Positions 51,682-64,000 of a DNA stretch of 64,000 nucleotides are shown here, piece after piece. The stretch's first letter is position 1; every line of letters begins with the position of its first letter. Origin of the DNA: Octopus vulgaris (taxonomy: Eukaryota); NCBI GenBank assembly GCA_951406725.2, contig OX597834.1:9176001-9240000 (forward strand), given 5' to 3'. Made by a program: the position numbers and the translations under genes. The notes under the pieces are model-generated. The model worked only from the letters and a program-made list of their open reading frames with translations, was not told where the DNA came from and ran no database searches.

Positions 51682-51820
51682 CAGTAGTTTTATTTTTATT
51701 ACGTGATTTCACTTCACTACTGAGCACAGATCTGTGTGCCTTGGGCATGTGTTGTGATTTGTTGTGATGCTCTGATGGTTACTGTATTGAAAGTGTTTTG
51801 CGTAGGATGTGTGCAGTGCC
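51682..51820 (-). mobile_element. R4/Dong-type LINE extreme 3' end within (TAA)n
   Basis: GTAHILRKTLSIQ* plus 3'UTR; (TAT/TGT)n on both sides (51634-51681, 51821-51953). Confidence 0.85.
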
Positions 51821-51837
51821 TATTATTATGATTAGTA

Positions 51838-51869
<32 letters not shown>

Positions 51870-51967
51870 GTTATTGTTGTTGTTGTTATTATTATTATTG
51901 TTGTTATTATTAATATTATTGTTGTTGTTATTATTATTATTATCATTATTATTGAGTGAGAGAGAAG

Positions 51968-52183
51968 TGCAGGTGGTAGAATCGTTAGTACCTCGGGAAA
52001 AATGATTAGCGGTAGTTTGCCTGTCTTTAAGTCCTGAGTTCAACTTCGACCGCAGTCGATTTTTTCCTTTCATTCTTTCGAAGTAAATAACAGGAGTACC
52101 AGTTGAGCACCGGGGTCAATGCCATAGATTAGCCTCATCACGCATATTTTTTAGGCTTATCCCTATCGTAGAAGGGATTATCA
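51968..52183 (+). mobile_element. Old B' SINE
   Basis: GTAGAATCGTTAG...CCTTTCATTCTTTCG...GTAGAAGGGATTAT. Confidence 0.7.
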
Positions 52184-53117
52184 AATATAGTTGTAGTTTT
52201 AGTAGTAGTAGTTTTCTTCAGTTTTAGAATATTGTTTCAACTCTTAAAAAAAAAAACAAAAAAAAAAACAAGAAATATATGTTATTATTTGACATCAAAA
52301 ACGCGTCAAATTAACTAGACACTACATCTTTGTGGCAGGCGTCCAGAAATTATTTTAATATAGTAGCAAAAATATTAGATATAACACTACGACTTAATGG
52401 TGGAATTTCAAATCTCATTTATTATTTGACTTTGTGCCAGCGATTTTGTTATTATACTAATGTATTATCTTTATTCCCATAGAACCTACTCGTGCTGTGA
52501 TATCAGTCTGGCGTCAGTCCAGAAATTATATAGTACTATAGTAATATCTAATATATAGTATTTAGAAAATAACTCTACAAATAAAAAGCTATCATATTGA
52601 TTGATGAGAACTAATAAAAGTTTCACTAATATCACTATAATACGGGATGTTTGGAAGAGTGATATGTCTATATTGTGTCAGGGCAAAGAATTTTCTGGAA
52701 TCCGTCACTGATATAAGAGAATTTTGGAATTATGCCATGGTGTTACAATAATCATAAACATGTGTACTGATTCGGTATCAAAATAATGGTACGTCTCGAT
52801 TGTATTGTTATAATATAAAGACAATCAGTGAAATGGCAGAAGTGTTAGGATGACGGAATCGATAGGAAACGATGTTTACCTTCCTATGTTTTCCGTTTTG
52901 AATACACATTTCATTGAACTCAGCTTTCTATGTCAACCCTACAGTGTGAAAAAGGTAATAACGAGTCATCATATATATATCAAGATTAATCAGCGGAAGT
53001 TGCGAAGATGATCCGGTTCTTGACTGATGATTGAGGGCTTCGAATGTCCCGTCCGTGTTTTTTTTGTGTCGTCTTCTTAATGTTTCACGTTCTTGTCCCA
53101 GTTTGTATATTTTTTAC

Positions 53118-53148
<31 letters not shown>

Positions 53149-53150
53149 TA

Positions 53151-53353
53151 CTTTATTTAATAGCAGCAGAAATATAACAAAAGCTGTTACTCGGAGTTTT
53201 TTTAACAGAACTGTCCGACGAACTTGAATGTGAAACTCCGAGTAACACCTTTTGTTATATTTCTGCTGCTTTTAAATAAAGCATATTACTCTACCTCTGG
53301 TATTTGAGTACTCTTTTTTCCACCTTGTTTTACATTTATGTGCTTACTCCGGT
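53151..53353 (+). mobile_element. Penelope-like inverted terminus in (TA)n
   Basis: 49-bp arms at 53151-53199 and 53233-53281; (TA)n on both sides. Confidence 0.7.
53211..53248 (+). ncRNA. Minimal type I hammerhead motif
   Basis: CTGT-CCGACGA-AC-TTGAAT-GT-GAAAC-TCCGA-GTA-ACAC (the inverted arm preserves ACAG); stem III ACT/AGT, GUA triplet; U4 replaced by C. Confidence 0.6.
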
Positions 53354-53401
53354 AAATATATATATATATATATATATAGGGAGGGAGGGAGAGAGAGAGA
53401 G

Positions 53402-53765
53402 AAGGCTCATGGCCTCGTGGTTAGAGCGCCGAGCTTATGGTCGTGAGGTTGTGAATTCGATTCCGTGGCCGAGCTCTGTGTTCTGTTCTTGAGCAAGACA
53501 CTTTATTTCATGTTGCTCCAGTTCACTCAGCCGTAGAAATGTGTTGCGACGTCACGGGTGCCAAGCTGTATCGGACTGTGCCTTTCCCTTGGATAATACT
53601 GGTGGCCTGGAGAGGGGAGGCTGGTATGCATGGGCAACTGCTGGTCTTCCATAAAAAACAACTAAACAACTGTAGGTTGTGCGTTGGAAGGGTAGTCGAC
53701 TTTCCGCCCAGACTGGTACACTGGAGCGGAACCTCTTTGGTGCATCCATAGTCATTCGTGACCCA
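53402..53765 (+). mobile_element. SINE-D
   Basis: TGGCCTCGTGGTTAGAGCG A-box, TTCGATTCC B-box, CTTGAGCAAGACACTT core. Confidence 0.85.
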
Positions 53766-55863
53766 CGTTGTCGAGTATTTTTCTTGTTATATATACATAT
53801 AGATAGATAGATGGATACAGAGAGTGAGAGAGAGAGAGAGAGATAGTGAGAGAGAACACAGTAAAGGAATATAGTCCAGTGCTAAGTAGAAGCTTCTTTA
53901 TCAGTTAATATAAACGTGAAGCTGGAAAAAGCGTTAGCGCTCCGGATAAAATACATCTTTAGGTTCTGGGTTAAAATTCTGCAGACGTCGACCTTGCCTT
54001 TCATTAGTTCAAAGTCTGCATAGGTTGTTCTTGCCTTTCATCTTTTCACTCTGAATAAAATAAGTTCCCAATAAAAACAGGGGGAAAAAAACCTGCTGGT
54101 TCTGTACTAAAATTTGAAACCGATGCACTAGCATTGATGCCCACCGTGTCAGCGAGTTAGTTCATAGTCGGTGAAGACATTGTAACTCTGTGTACTATCA
54201 TTAATAATGCATTTTGATAGATAACCATGCTCAAATACTCTAATTCATCTAGCGGAAAATGTATAACTGATTTACTGCTAGAATATATATGTGATATAAG
54301 TAACAGAGGCACTCTAAATCTGAATGTGATTCATTACCGTGAAATGATAGATTCAAATTACGTGTCTTTGGAGGAAATAGTTTGCGAAATTTGGACTAAT
54401 CCATAACGATTCATCAAAAATTATGAGAGGAAACCCGAAAATATGATGATATAATTATTACACAGATTGGTGTTATTATGAATGGGTTGAGGGATTTGTT
54501 CTGTGCTATACTGCATTACGGATATCCCTATGAAAGATTAACATTGTGGAGCTTGACGGATTCTTGCTTACCAGTTTTTCGTTTATAGAGGAAGAAACGC
54601 TTTGTGTGGTCTACCTTGATATTTCTCGTTACACCGTTCGTTCATGTAAGGATTTAATCTGCTTGCTCATTTTCAACAGCATCTCATCACCATCAAATTC
54701 AGTCGTACACTAAACCAGAGATAGTGATAATAGAGCTGTGACTTATTATGTGAACCGCGTTTTAAAGGAACCGGATGTTATCTAGTTTGACACAGACAAC
54801 AGTGAACCTCCGAAAACACAACCATTGAACTCGATTAGAAAAATATTAATTGATGGTCAACTAGTTCGATATTCCAATTATCTTTTAGACTGCACCTTCA
54901 CGCCACTTTCGGACAGTCATGGAAACAAAAATTTGTGCCTTATTCTACAGAGTACCAAAATTTGTTCGTGGGAACCACATCTGTGACGTGGTCTGTCATA
55001 GTGGAGTTATCTGCACCTCGGGCTCTACGACTGTGAATCACGTGAATACTGTGCGATCTCTCATAGCGTTAGGGCGTGGGACGTTTATCGCACCACTCCC
55101 TATCAAGTGATGTCATGTAATGCCATTTTGACGTTGTAGATTTTTGTTTTGTGAAAATAGCAGCCTGTTGACAATGACCCTAGCGATGGAATTCAACTGA
55201 ATTCGATACAAGTGTGTTCCTCCAGGTAGACATTGTGATTATTGTCATTACTAACCATTAAAAAGTGGAGCAGATGAAAATTAAATCTACTAATTGTCAC
55301 CTGGGGACAAAGACATTACTCCTAAGGAGAAAGACATACGAGAGAGAGAGGGGAGAGCAATGTAGGTAATCGGAATAAAGGATTCTTCACAGTATTATCA
55401 GCGTTATCCAGTCTTTTGAGCAGAAGATAACCGAATTATTCAACTTGAAACGAAAAGACAAAAGTTATTTGATTATTTCAATAAATCGTGTATTATACAG
55501 TAAAGATAAGTATCTAAAGTATAAGATGATACAGCCCCAATGACGTCTTGCTTTATTCTCATTTTCTATGGAAGCAATAAACCTAAGAGTGCTTCTCAAA
55601 CGAATACTCAATTTAGAAAGCAGACATCGGTATATATTGATGAGTTGAACCACACTACTTGAAAAGGAGAATAGTTCGACATGACTTTAACCAATTAGAT
55701 CAGGACTGAATTGTGGCAACGCTAATAGGTTCTTATTTTTAATGGAACGACAAGAACACTGGCCTAACATTCCAGAGAAATTTAGTGTCATTAAACATTT
55801 CGTGCTCAAATTTACAAATGTAGGATTTTTGTGCCCATACATGTATACGCATATATATTTATA

Positions 55864-55900
55864 CTAGCAATATAACACGGCTTTGCTCGGATAAGTTGGG
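55864..55900 (-). mobile_element. Helitron 3' terminus
   Basis: Minus strand CCGAGCAAAGCCGTGTTATATTGCTAG|T, similar to the 3' end of the 11788 element. Confidence 0.6.
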
Positions 55901-55964
55901 ATTATTAAGCTAATCAAGTTCTTTATTTCAAACAAAACTAAGTAATATCGACGTCTAATTTGGG

Positions 55965-55997
<33 letters not shown>

Positions 55998-56469
55998 AAT
56001 AGGGTTCAGATTCATCGAAATGCTTATCGAAAATTTCAACTTCTCACACGTGCTGACTACGAACCCAAATAATATGTACACTCCACATGGCTATTTACCC
56101 TCTAAGAAATGCCAGCAAAATATTCTTTAAACGGTGCAATTAGATAAATTATAAGATAAGAAAGTTCGCATCTCCATGGCTGGAATGTATTTCACGTAAG
56201 GCGTGGGTTTGTTACTACTTTACACTCGAGAAACCTTTCGATTATCAAATATCATGATTTTGCATGCCATTACCTGAAAGAAACATTCGGTAAAATAGCT
56301 GTTTTAATTGCTCCAAATCCTTTACTCGCACACAAGGACACCGTTACATAGTGCCTCGAAAACAAGAGACGTTTATACTGATTTGTTGAAACGATTTCCA
56401 TCACACACTTCTACACCTCACACAAGCTCTTGTAAATATGCAATGAAGGTACGTATGTATATATTAAGA

Positions 56470-56600
56470 TACGAGTTAGTGCTGAAAAGATCTTGGCTTC
56501 GAGTGAAGGGAAATACATGAGAATCAGTTAATTATGATTTTATTCAACATATTCCCCTCTCAGATTCACACATTTATTGCAGCGGTCGTTCAGATTTCGG
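56470..56600 (-). mobile_element. Mariner right end
   Basis: LNDRCNKCVNLRGEYVE* followed by a TIR ending ...CTCGTA. Confidence 0.85.
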
Positions 56601-56666
56601 AAATTTAGGACTCTTGCCAGGGCATTTTCTTTGTCTTTAGAGCTAGGAACTTCCCAGTGTCCCTCG

Positions 56667-56815
56667 TAGATAGATATAGATGGACAGACAGACAGACAGA
56701 CGGATGGATGGATGGATGGATGGATGGATGGGTAGATGGGAAGATGGATGGGTAGATGGGTAGATGGGAAGATGGATAGGAAGACTGTCAGGCAGACAGA
56801 CAGATAGATAGATAT
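56667..56815. repeat. (GATA)n/(GACA)n/(GGAT)n microsatellite
   Basis: Seen directly. Confidence 0.9.
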
Positions 56816-57807
56816 GTTTCTTTATTAGCCACACAGGGCTGCACACAGAGGGGACAGATTACAAAGTAGAGCTTTTCTTTTTTTTTTGGTGGGGGGGAGA
56901 GAGAAAAAAGATAGATAGATAGCTAGGCAGATGTAAAGAAAGAGAGACAGACAGAAAGTATATGTTTGTGTTCGTAATTGTAAGAGTGATGTTTGAAAGT
57001 TTCAATATTGAAACATATTGAAGCGAATTTTCTCTTTTTACTTTTTGAACCAGTTCACTGTGCTCTGAATTAAAACATTTTATAGCATAAAACTAAATTG
57101 TTGACAATGATTATTAAATATATAATAACAGCTTCTTATTAATTAAATCTAATAAAATAACCACTTTAGTTCTGCAATGTCTGAAGACAGTGGACATTTG
57201 TAATGTCAAAAAATGTAATTGGCATTGATGTTGTTGGCAGTAATTTCTTGGTTCTTCAATTTGTCAGGGTATTCTAGTATGTTGGGACAAAAGTGGTACT
57301 TTCTTTAAAAACTTTGGCAGTGGGACAGGAATGGTTAAATGAAATTTCCTTGTCTTATTTTCATTTTCATTTACACCACACACTTCACACAATACACACA
57401 CGTACGTGCGTGCATACATATATATATATACGATGACTCACGAATACATTTATAAAATTATTCAAACATACACATACGTACGAATAATTTCTTTGTTGGC
57501 GATTTTAGTATTGAAATTGGAAATATCTACAATTTTGAGATGGTACTGGATTTAATAGCAACATTTTCAACTGATATGAGAATGGAATTTGGCCAAAACA
57601 ATGTTCATACTTGTTGGTTCAACGTGAGAAGCTCTCTTGCCAAACGAAACACATTAACATGAGTTTACGCCCAATACCCTATGTACTATAAAATAATGAT
57701 ACAAATACCCAGGTATTCATAGGAATATACACTGGATAGGCACGAACAATGAATATTTTACCTGAGTTTAAAATATATAGACTTTGTTTTATGCATCTTT
57801 CTCATAT

Positions 57808-57961
57808 TCTGTGGTTATATAGTAAGAAGCATTTTTTTCCAAACCTAATGGTTCTGGGTTCAAAGCACTGCGTGGCACCTTGTGCAAGTGTCTTCTATTA
57901 TGGTCCCTGTCCAAGCTAAGCATTGTCAGAAGTTCCTGTAGACGAAACTGAAAGGAGCGCG

Positions 57962-58006
<45 letters not shown>

Positions 58007-58107
58007 TTATTTTTCCACTTGAATTTTCAGATTTTTTTTTCTCTTATGAGGTTTTTCACGCTTACTACCTGATAATTTCTTGTTAAGATTTCTTATTAAG
58101 ATTTTAT

Positions 58108-58167
<60 letters not shown>

Positions 58168-58437
58168 AAATGTACATATATATATGTGTGTGTGTGTGTG
58201 TGAAAACAATAGGTTGAAAAAAGAACAATTTAAACTTTTTGAGAAGGGCAAAAAAAAGAATGAAAAAAGGTTTCATCATATTCACGCGCGTACGAATTGA
58301 ATCCTGTTTTGTACAAAATCTAAATTTGATTCAACATCTTTTTTCTCCATTTTTCTATAATTGTTTATAACTACATATATGTATGTATGCATGTAGACGT
58401 ATGTATGCATGTATATATATATATATGCGTGTGTATA

Positions 58438-58470
<33 letters not shown>

Positions 58471-58795
58471 GTAAGTATGTGTGTGTTTGTGTGTGTATGA
58501 TTATATGTATATATGTATGTGTGTGTTTGTGTGTGTATGATTATATGTATATATGTATGTGTGTGTTTGTGTGTGTATGATTATATGTATATATGTATGT
58601 GTGTGTTTGTGTGTGTATGATTATATGTATATATGTATGTGTGTGAGTGTGTTTATGACCCCGCAAATTGGTGGTTTGTAAAAGCGACCGTTAGGATAAG
58701 TACTAGACACAAAACAAAAGTCCTGGGGTCGTTTAAATGTGGTGCTCCAGCATGGCTGCACTCAAATGACTGAGAGCAGTAGAAGAATAAAAGGA
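57808..58795 (+). mobile_element. Old SINE-A split by an expanded internal microsatellite with inserts
   Basis: 5' half 57808-57963, 3' half about 58645-58795. Confidence 0.7.
58481..58640. repeat. Four perfect 40-bp tandem units
   Basis: GTGTGTTTGTGTGTGTATGATTATATGTATATATGTATGT x4. Confidence 0.95.
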
Positions 58796-59095
58796 AGACT
58801 ACTACAAATGTCTTTTCTAGAACGTATGAGCCTTACCATTGTTGAAGTGGAGATTTACCACAAAACAAATAAAGGTTTCTTCAGTGTTACCTCGAGTGAC
58901 GTGGTGAGTGAAGATCCGTAAACTGAATTTGGGAGTCTTTGAATACAACATCGTATTACTGAGATAGCCACGCTAAGAACCAGGAACAATAACTACATCA
59001 AACAAAGGCTTTTAAAATTGAAGAAAACAGTTATGCTTTGGAAAAGCCTCTTCAATTGACTCTCATTTCTCAATGATCTTTCGTAATACCCACTT

Positions 59096-59483
59096 TGAAG
59101 CACTCCGTCGGTTACGACGATCAGGGTTCCGGTTGATCCGAATCAACGGAACAGCCTACTCGTGAAATTAACGTGTAAGTGGCTGAGCACTCCACAGACA
59201 CGTGCACCCTCAACGTAGTTCTCGGGGATATTCAGCGTGAAACAGAGAGTTACAAGGCCGGTCCTTTGAAATACAGGTACAACAGAAACAGAAAGTAAGA
59301 GTGAGAGAAGTTGTGGTGAAAGAATACAGCAGGGATCAACACCACCATCCCCTGCCAGAGCCTCGTGGAGCTTTTAGGTGTTTTCGCTCAATAAACGCTC
59401 ACAACGCCCGGTCTGGGAATCAAAACCGCGATCCTACGACCGCGAGTCCACTGCCCTAACCACTGGGCCATCGCGCCTCCACA
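59096..59483 (-). mobile_element. SINE-C1 with 19-bp TSD
   Basis: ATCTTTCGTAATACCCACT at 59076-59094 and 59484-59502. Confidence 0.94.
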
Positions 59484-60794
59484 ATCTTTCGTAATACCCA
59501 CTAATCAATTACTGGACCTATTTTACTTCAAGAAATCTCGAGAGAGAAATTACTCAAATCATGACGAATTCCCCCATGGCTGGATGTCTTTACGAAAGCA
59601 TGATGTCTTTCTCAGGTACACTGCGTTCTTTTGCATGGACTGTTTGTCACTGTTTACCTGTCATAGCATGCGACCAGTTTATTCATTTTTTTGTCTAAGC
59701 ACGGTTATGTATTTTCGGATTGTTCAAAATAATAGCTAGAGCAGAATAATTCCCAGCGTAATCTCCCAAGAATTATTGGAATGTATCGTAACTTTATTAC
59801 TTGGTGGCCTTCAGCTCGGAGGAGAAGAACATTCCGCGGTTTTAATGAGAAAAGAGATAGCTCAATGAACGCGTATAAAGACATTTAGCGCAGTACTAAG
59901 ACGAAGGCTGCTATTAATGATAGCGAAAATTCTACAATCTTAAAAGAATAAAAGAAATACTTTATAAGCGCCCAAAGACCAACATGAACGCAATATATTT
60001 TGTAATTTAATGGTATTATCACTGTTTCCAAAGCTAATTGACTAGTAGAATCTCCACATATTCGCAGTATATTTGTAAATTCTATATCACTGTTACCTCT
60101 ACACATTATTTCTACTTTCACTTTCGTTTTATTCCTAGTCAGCTACTTCTTGGTTTTCCTCTTCTCTTTTGCTTCAGTTCTCTGTTCATCTTACTACTCC
60201 ATGCATTTCCAGAACTTTAGTTTGCATCTCGAGGCATATTCCCTTGTTATAGTTAACCACACTTTATAATTGCTTTCTATGCAGAAACTAAATTATAAAT
60301 CGACGCGTGTAATATTAAATTTATCATTTTATACATACAGAGAGAGAAATGGAGAGAGCAGTTTGAGTCCCTTCTCTGCACAGGTTTATAACAAATAATC
60401 GCCAGCTCAGTGCAAACCCATCGATAGGTACTTTAGATTTAAATAATCACCGGAAGCTCCACGGAGAACAGCCACACTCTAGGTGACCGTCGCACCCCGA
60501 GGGTGTCTCGATTAAACTAAGGGAGCTGTAAGTAAACTTGGAAGCAAGCGATTAGATTTAAATATTTGTTCCAAATTTTTGCTTTTCGTTTTTCAATGTT
60601 GACATTTTGTAGTCAAATTCAGCGCAATGTATGTTGCGTAATTTCACAAGTGTGTGTGTGTGGGGGGGGGGGGCGAGCAAATAGACATTTGTACCGTTTC
60701 TCTGAATTGAACTTTTATCCTTCTGTAAATCATCCCCATTTATGTTGAGTGCGGAAGTATGTAGTTTGGACGCATGTTTCTTACCACACTGCCA

Positions 60795-61030
60795 CATTAG
60801 TGGCTAGGCTGTTACAATTCTGAACGCTAGATCGTGGGTTCGATTTACTGACTGGGCAGTGTGTTGTGTTCTTAAGCAAAACATTTCATTAACGTCGCTC
60901 CTATTCCCTTTCGTTCAAAGAAATGTTGGCCTATTTGCCTGAACAGCGGGGTGGCGTCATATGAAAGCTAAAATAAAGCGTATTGTAACCAGCGATGTGC
61001 AACAACCCCCGATCACGTGATTACGTGATA
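60795..61030 (+). mobile_element. Old SINE with C2-type tail
   Basis: GGTTCGATT B-box, TTCTTAAGCAAAAC, GGGGTGGCGTCATATGAAAGCTAAAA. Confidence 0.7.
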
Positions 61031-61042
61031 CATGTATATATC

Positions 61043-61079
<37 letters not shown>

Positions 61080-61364
61080 TTGGTCACCTGTGCGCGTGCG
61101 CGTGTGTACGTATGAGTATGAGTGTCTTCACAAGAAATATGTTTCGTGCAAGTCTAATGTTTTATTGTTTTTTTTCTGATTTCCCTCCTCATACGCACAA
61201 ATCACACTCAACTTTTAACTTCTGAAAATACGTTTAATACTCTGAATGAATTTATTTATTCTCTTTCAGATGTTCTGATATGTTTGATTGGATAGATTTT
61301 TATGTATGATTTTATTAATAATATTTCTCTCCATACGCTTTTATATATGTATATATGAGAATTA

Positions 61365-61427
61365 TTTATATATATATATATATATATATACATTCATAAA
61401 TACATATATATATATATACACACATAC

Positions 61428-61461
<34 letters not shown>

Positions 61462-61532
61462 GTATATACATATATATATACATACATATATATATATATG
61501 TATAGATATATATGTATATACACGCATATATA

Positions 61533-61603
<71 letters not shown>

Positions 61604-61605
61604 AT
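61365..61605. repeat. (TA)n microsatellite
   Basis: Seen directly. Confidence 0.95.
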
Positions 61606-62774
61606 AATATAACAAAAATATCTGTAGTACTCTCCACGATATCTGAAACTTTTGATGAACACTTGATATATACATAATTAATTATGCTTTTTCATATTTT
61701 ATCAATCATTTAAAAGTCTTTGATTTGTCTTCCTTTCACAAGTAATTCTTATGTTAAGGGTGATGCTTATCTGTAATATTTTCCTAAACTTTCCATCTAT
61801 GTTTTTTCTAGCAGGCAAATACATATATTTTATGTACTTAATTTATCGTATGCTTAATCTTCATGTTAATGAAGTTTACCCTCTGTTTATTCGATACAGT
61901 TCTTTACTTATAGTCTACTTTTATATCTGTAGTCATCGTTAGGGTGTATAATTCCTAGATATGATTATACATCACACAAAATACTGGAATCGTCTGTTTG
62001 CTGATTGTAACACAAAAAAGAAGATAAATTTGAACACGGTTCTATTGAAGCTAACATATTAATCAGATATAAATCATTTGATTTTGTTTCTCTCTAGAAA
62101 AATTCTTATAAGTTAGCACCTGTCGATTAAATGTTGCAGAAGTACCTGGTTTGATGTTACAATATTTTCCATTTACATTTTAAATTTCTAGCTTTTACTT
62201 TTCTCTCATACGAAACTTATACATTCAAAGTAATTACGACTACACTATATTTCACTCGCTTCGATGTCTAGTTATTGTAAGGCTGTCGTACTCCTGCCTA
62301 TACATATGTATGAGAGGCTTAAAAGATATTGGCAGTGTCATTATTTTTTTTCAGAAATATAAACCCTGATTATAATCTTGTCTGCGATCGTGAATATATT
62401 TTTGAAAATTACAGATAATGATGACGGGAGAGCGGATAAAAAGAAACACGCTGGAAATATATTATTTTTAATATGCATTCTAAATATAAACTTAATCATC
62501 TGTAAAATCGTGAACGTAATAGTTACAACTAAGCTAAGTATTTAGTTTAAATAAAGTTTACTATGTTATTTTACATTGTCAGCATATCATATCGTTAAAG
62601 GTTTAATTTATGTATAAATAAATGCGCTGAAGGAAATAACTAAAATATAACATGTACATGTTAAGGTCTGATATACAGAATGTCATACGCAGAGAATTAT
62701 GAATTAATTGAAATTATTTGCTTAGTCGGAGAATGCAAACTAATACGCTGAGATAATCAGTATAATAATTGATA

Positions 62775-63175
62775 TCTTTATATATAAAAGTCAAGTTGTG
62801 TGTCTGTCTCCTAAGATTTAGATTCCTAACTACTCCCACATTTTGCGGTGCAGTTTAACCAAAACCGGGTATCTTATAGTCGTGATTCATATCGAGCCCT
62901 TCTGGGTATTAGCGCGCGTCTACGATGAGTCTACGACTTAAAAAATAATTTACCATCATTTTCTTCCATTTTAATGCATTTTTTCGCTATTATATAAGGG
63001 AAGTAACTCTCTAAAAATGTCTACGATGAGTCAACGATTAAAAAAAAAAAATTACCATCATTTTCTCCCCATTTTTAATGCATTTTTTTTGCTATTTTTT
63101 TGGCTATAACTCTCTAAAAATGCTTATATAGTTATTTCCCTTACAAACCCGAGCAATGCCGGGCGATACTGCTAG
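62775..63175 (+). mobile_element. Non-autonomous Helitron (second copy)
   Basis: A|TC...hairpin...CTAG|T; near-identical to 11788-12185. Confidence 0.9.
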
Positions 63176-63811
63176 TTATACGAAAAAAATTAGAAGAGAA
63201 CATTTAAAAAAAATATGTTGAAAATTAATCACATTCAGTCTTGTGATTGTTCCCTCTTTAACTAAAATATAAATTTCCATTATCGAAATTTTTTGCGTGC
63301 ATTGCGTGTGGTATTAATGTCACAAAATGTCTAACTTGAAAAAAAAAAGATTGACTTCGAATTTAACTGACCAATGGTTCAAAACGTGTTTTTAATATAA
63401 AGTTATTCACCTACCACAGATTGGCTCTATTTCCGTCGTTTCATGTGGGATTCTTGCGATGATACTTGCTTATACGTGTGTTTCTCTCTGTTGTGCCGTA
63501 CAACATCGGGTATGGTATTGGCATTGTCTAGGCAAATGTAGACCAGCTTATCATTACGAGCATTAAGGGTAATAATTCGAAATATTATGGGTGCATATCT
63601 ACTTCCATAATCTTCTCTTTGTCTTTGTAGTCTGGTTTTCTTCAGGCTACCACTGTATAGAAATAATGAACCGTTCATGCAGGTTGGCTTTATTAGTGAA
63701 ATCGTGTTCGATATGCTATTCAGAAAAACGTATTTCATTTAATTGAGCCTGTATCAAAAACAGCAAACGAAGATGAGATCTATTCATCTTCGTAAAAATT
63801 TCATTAATATA

Positions 63812-64000
63812 AGGCGCAAGAGTGGCTGTGTGGTATGTAGCTTGCTTACCAACCACATGGTTCCGAGTTCAGTCCCCACTGCGTGGCATCTTGGGCAAGT
63901 GTTTTCTACTATCGCCTCGGGCCGACCAAAACCTTGTGAGTGGATTTGGTACACGGAAACTGAAAGAAGCCCGTCGTATATATATGCGTATATATATATA
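63812..64000 (+). mobile_element. SINE-A 5' half, runs off the window
   Basis: Head through the internal (TA)n. Confidence 0.92.

Noticed and set aside
53020-53055. CTGATGA motif in a TA-bounded element
   Set aside because: Lacks GAAA and a stem II.
54680-55110. Non-repetitive stretch with long partly open frames
   Set aside because: Internal stops, no recognisable motif.
62355-62420. YNLVCDREY resembling the SLC22 WxLVCD motif after a good acceptor
   Set aside because: Stop within seven codons and no other transporter exons seen.
63427-63738. 103-aa minus-strand ORF
   Set aside because: No recognisable family or splice context.

Overview
AT-rich, repeat-saturated animal DNA, most likely octopus/coleoid cephalopod (inferred from the tRNA-derived SINE complement and the dense (TA)n/(CA)n/(TACA)n tracts). 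Almost all ORFs in the supplied track are microsatellite or SINE artefacts. Recognisable content: (i) about 40 copies of at least five tRNA-derived SINE types, labelled A-E here (local labels only), several nested; (ii) Tc1/mariner relics, a young 5'-truncated RTE LINE, R4/Dong-type LINE relics in (TAA)n, an L1/Tx1-like 5' end, non-autonomous Helitrons, a Helentron-type element and a foldback MITE; (iii) Penelope-like termini in (TA)n carrying minimal hammerhead-ribozyme motifs, with a recurrent CCGACGA core variant; (iv) a 28S rRNA fragment embedded antisense in a SINE; (v) a colinear chain of short splice-site-bounded + strand segments (about 1.3-38.3 kb) whose translations match successive parts of the proton-activated chloride channel PAC/TMEM206. 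That locus has a frameshift and premature stops, so it is a divergent gene, a pseudogene or mis-assembled. All homology calls are by eye against remembered sequences and need database confirmation.
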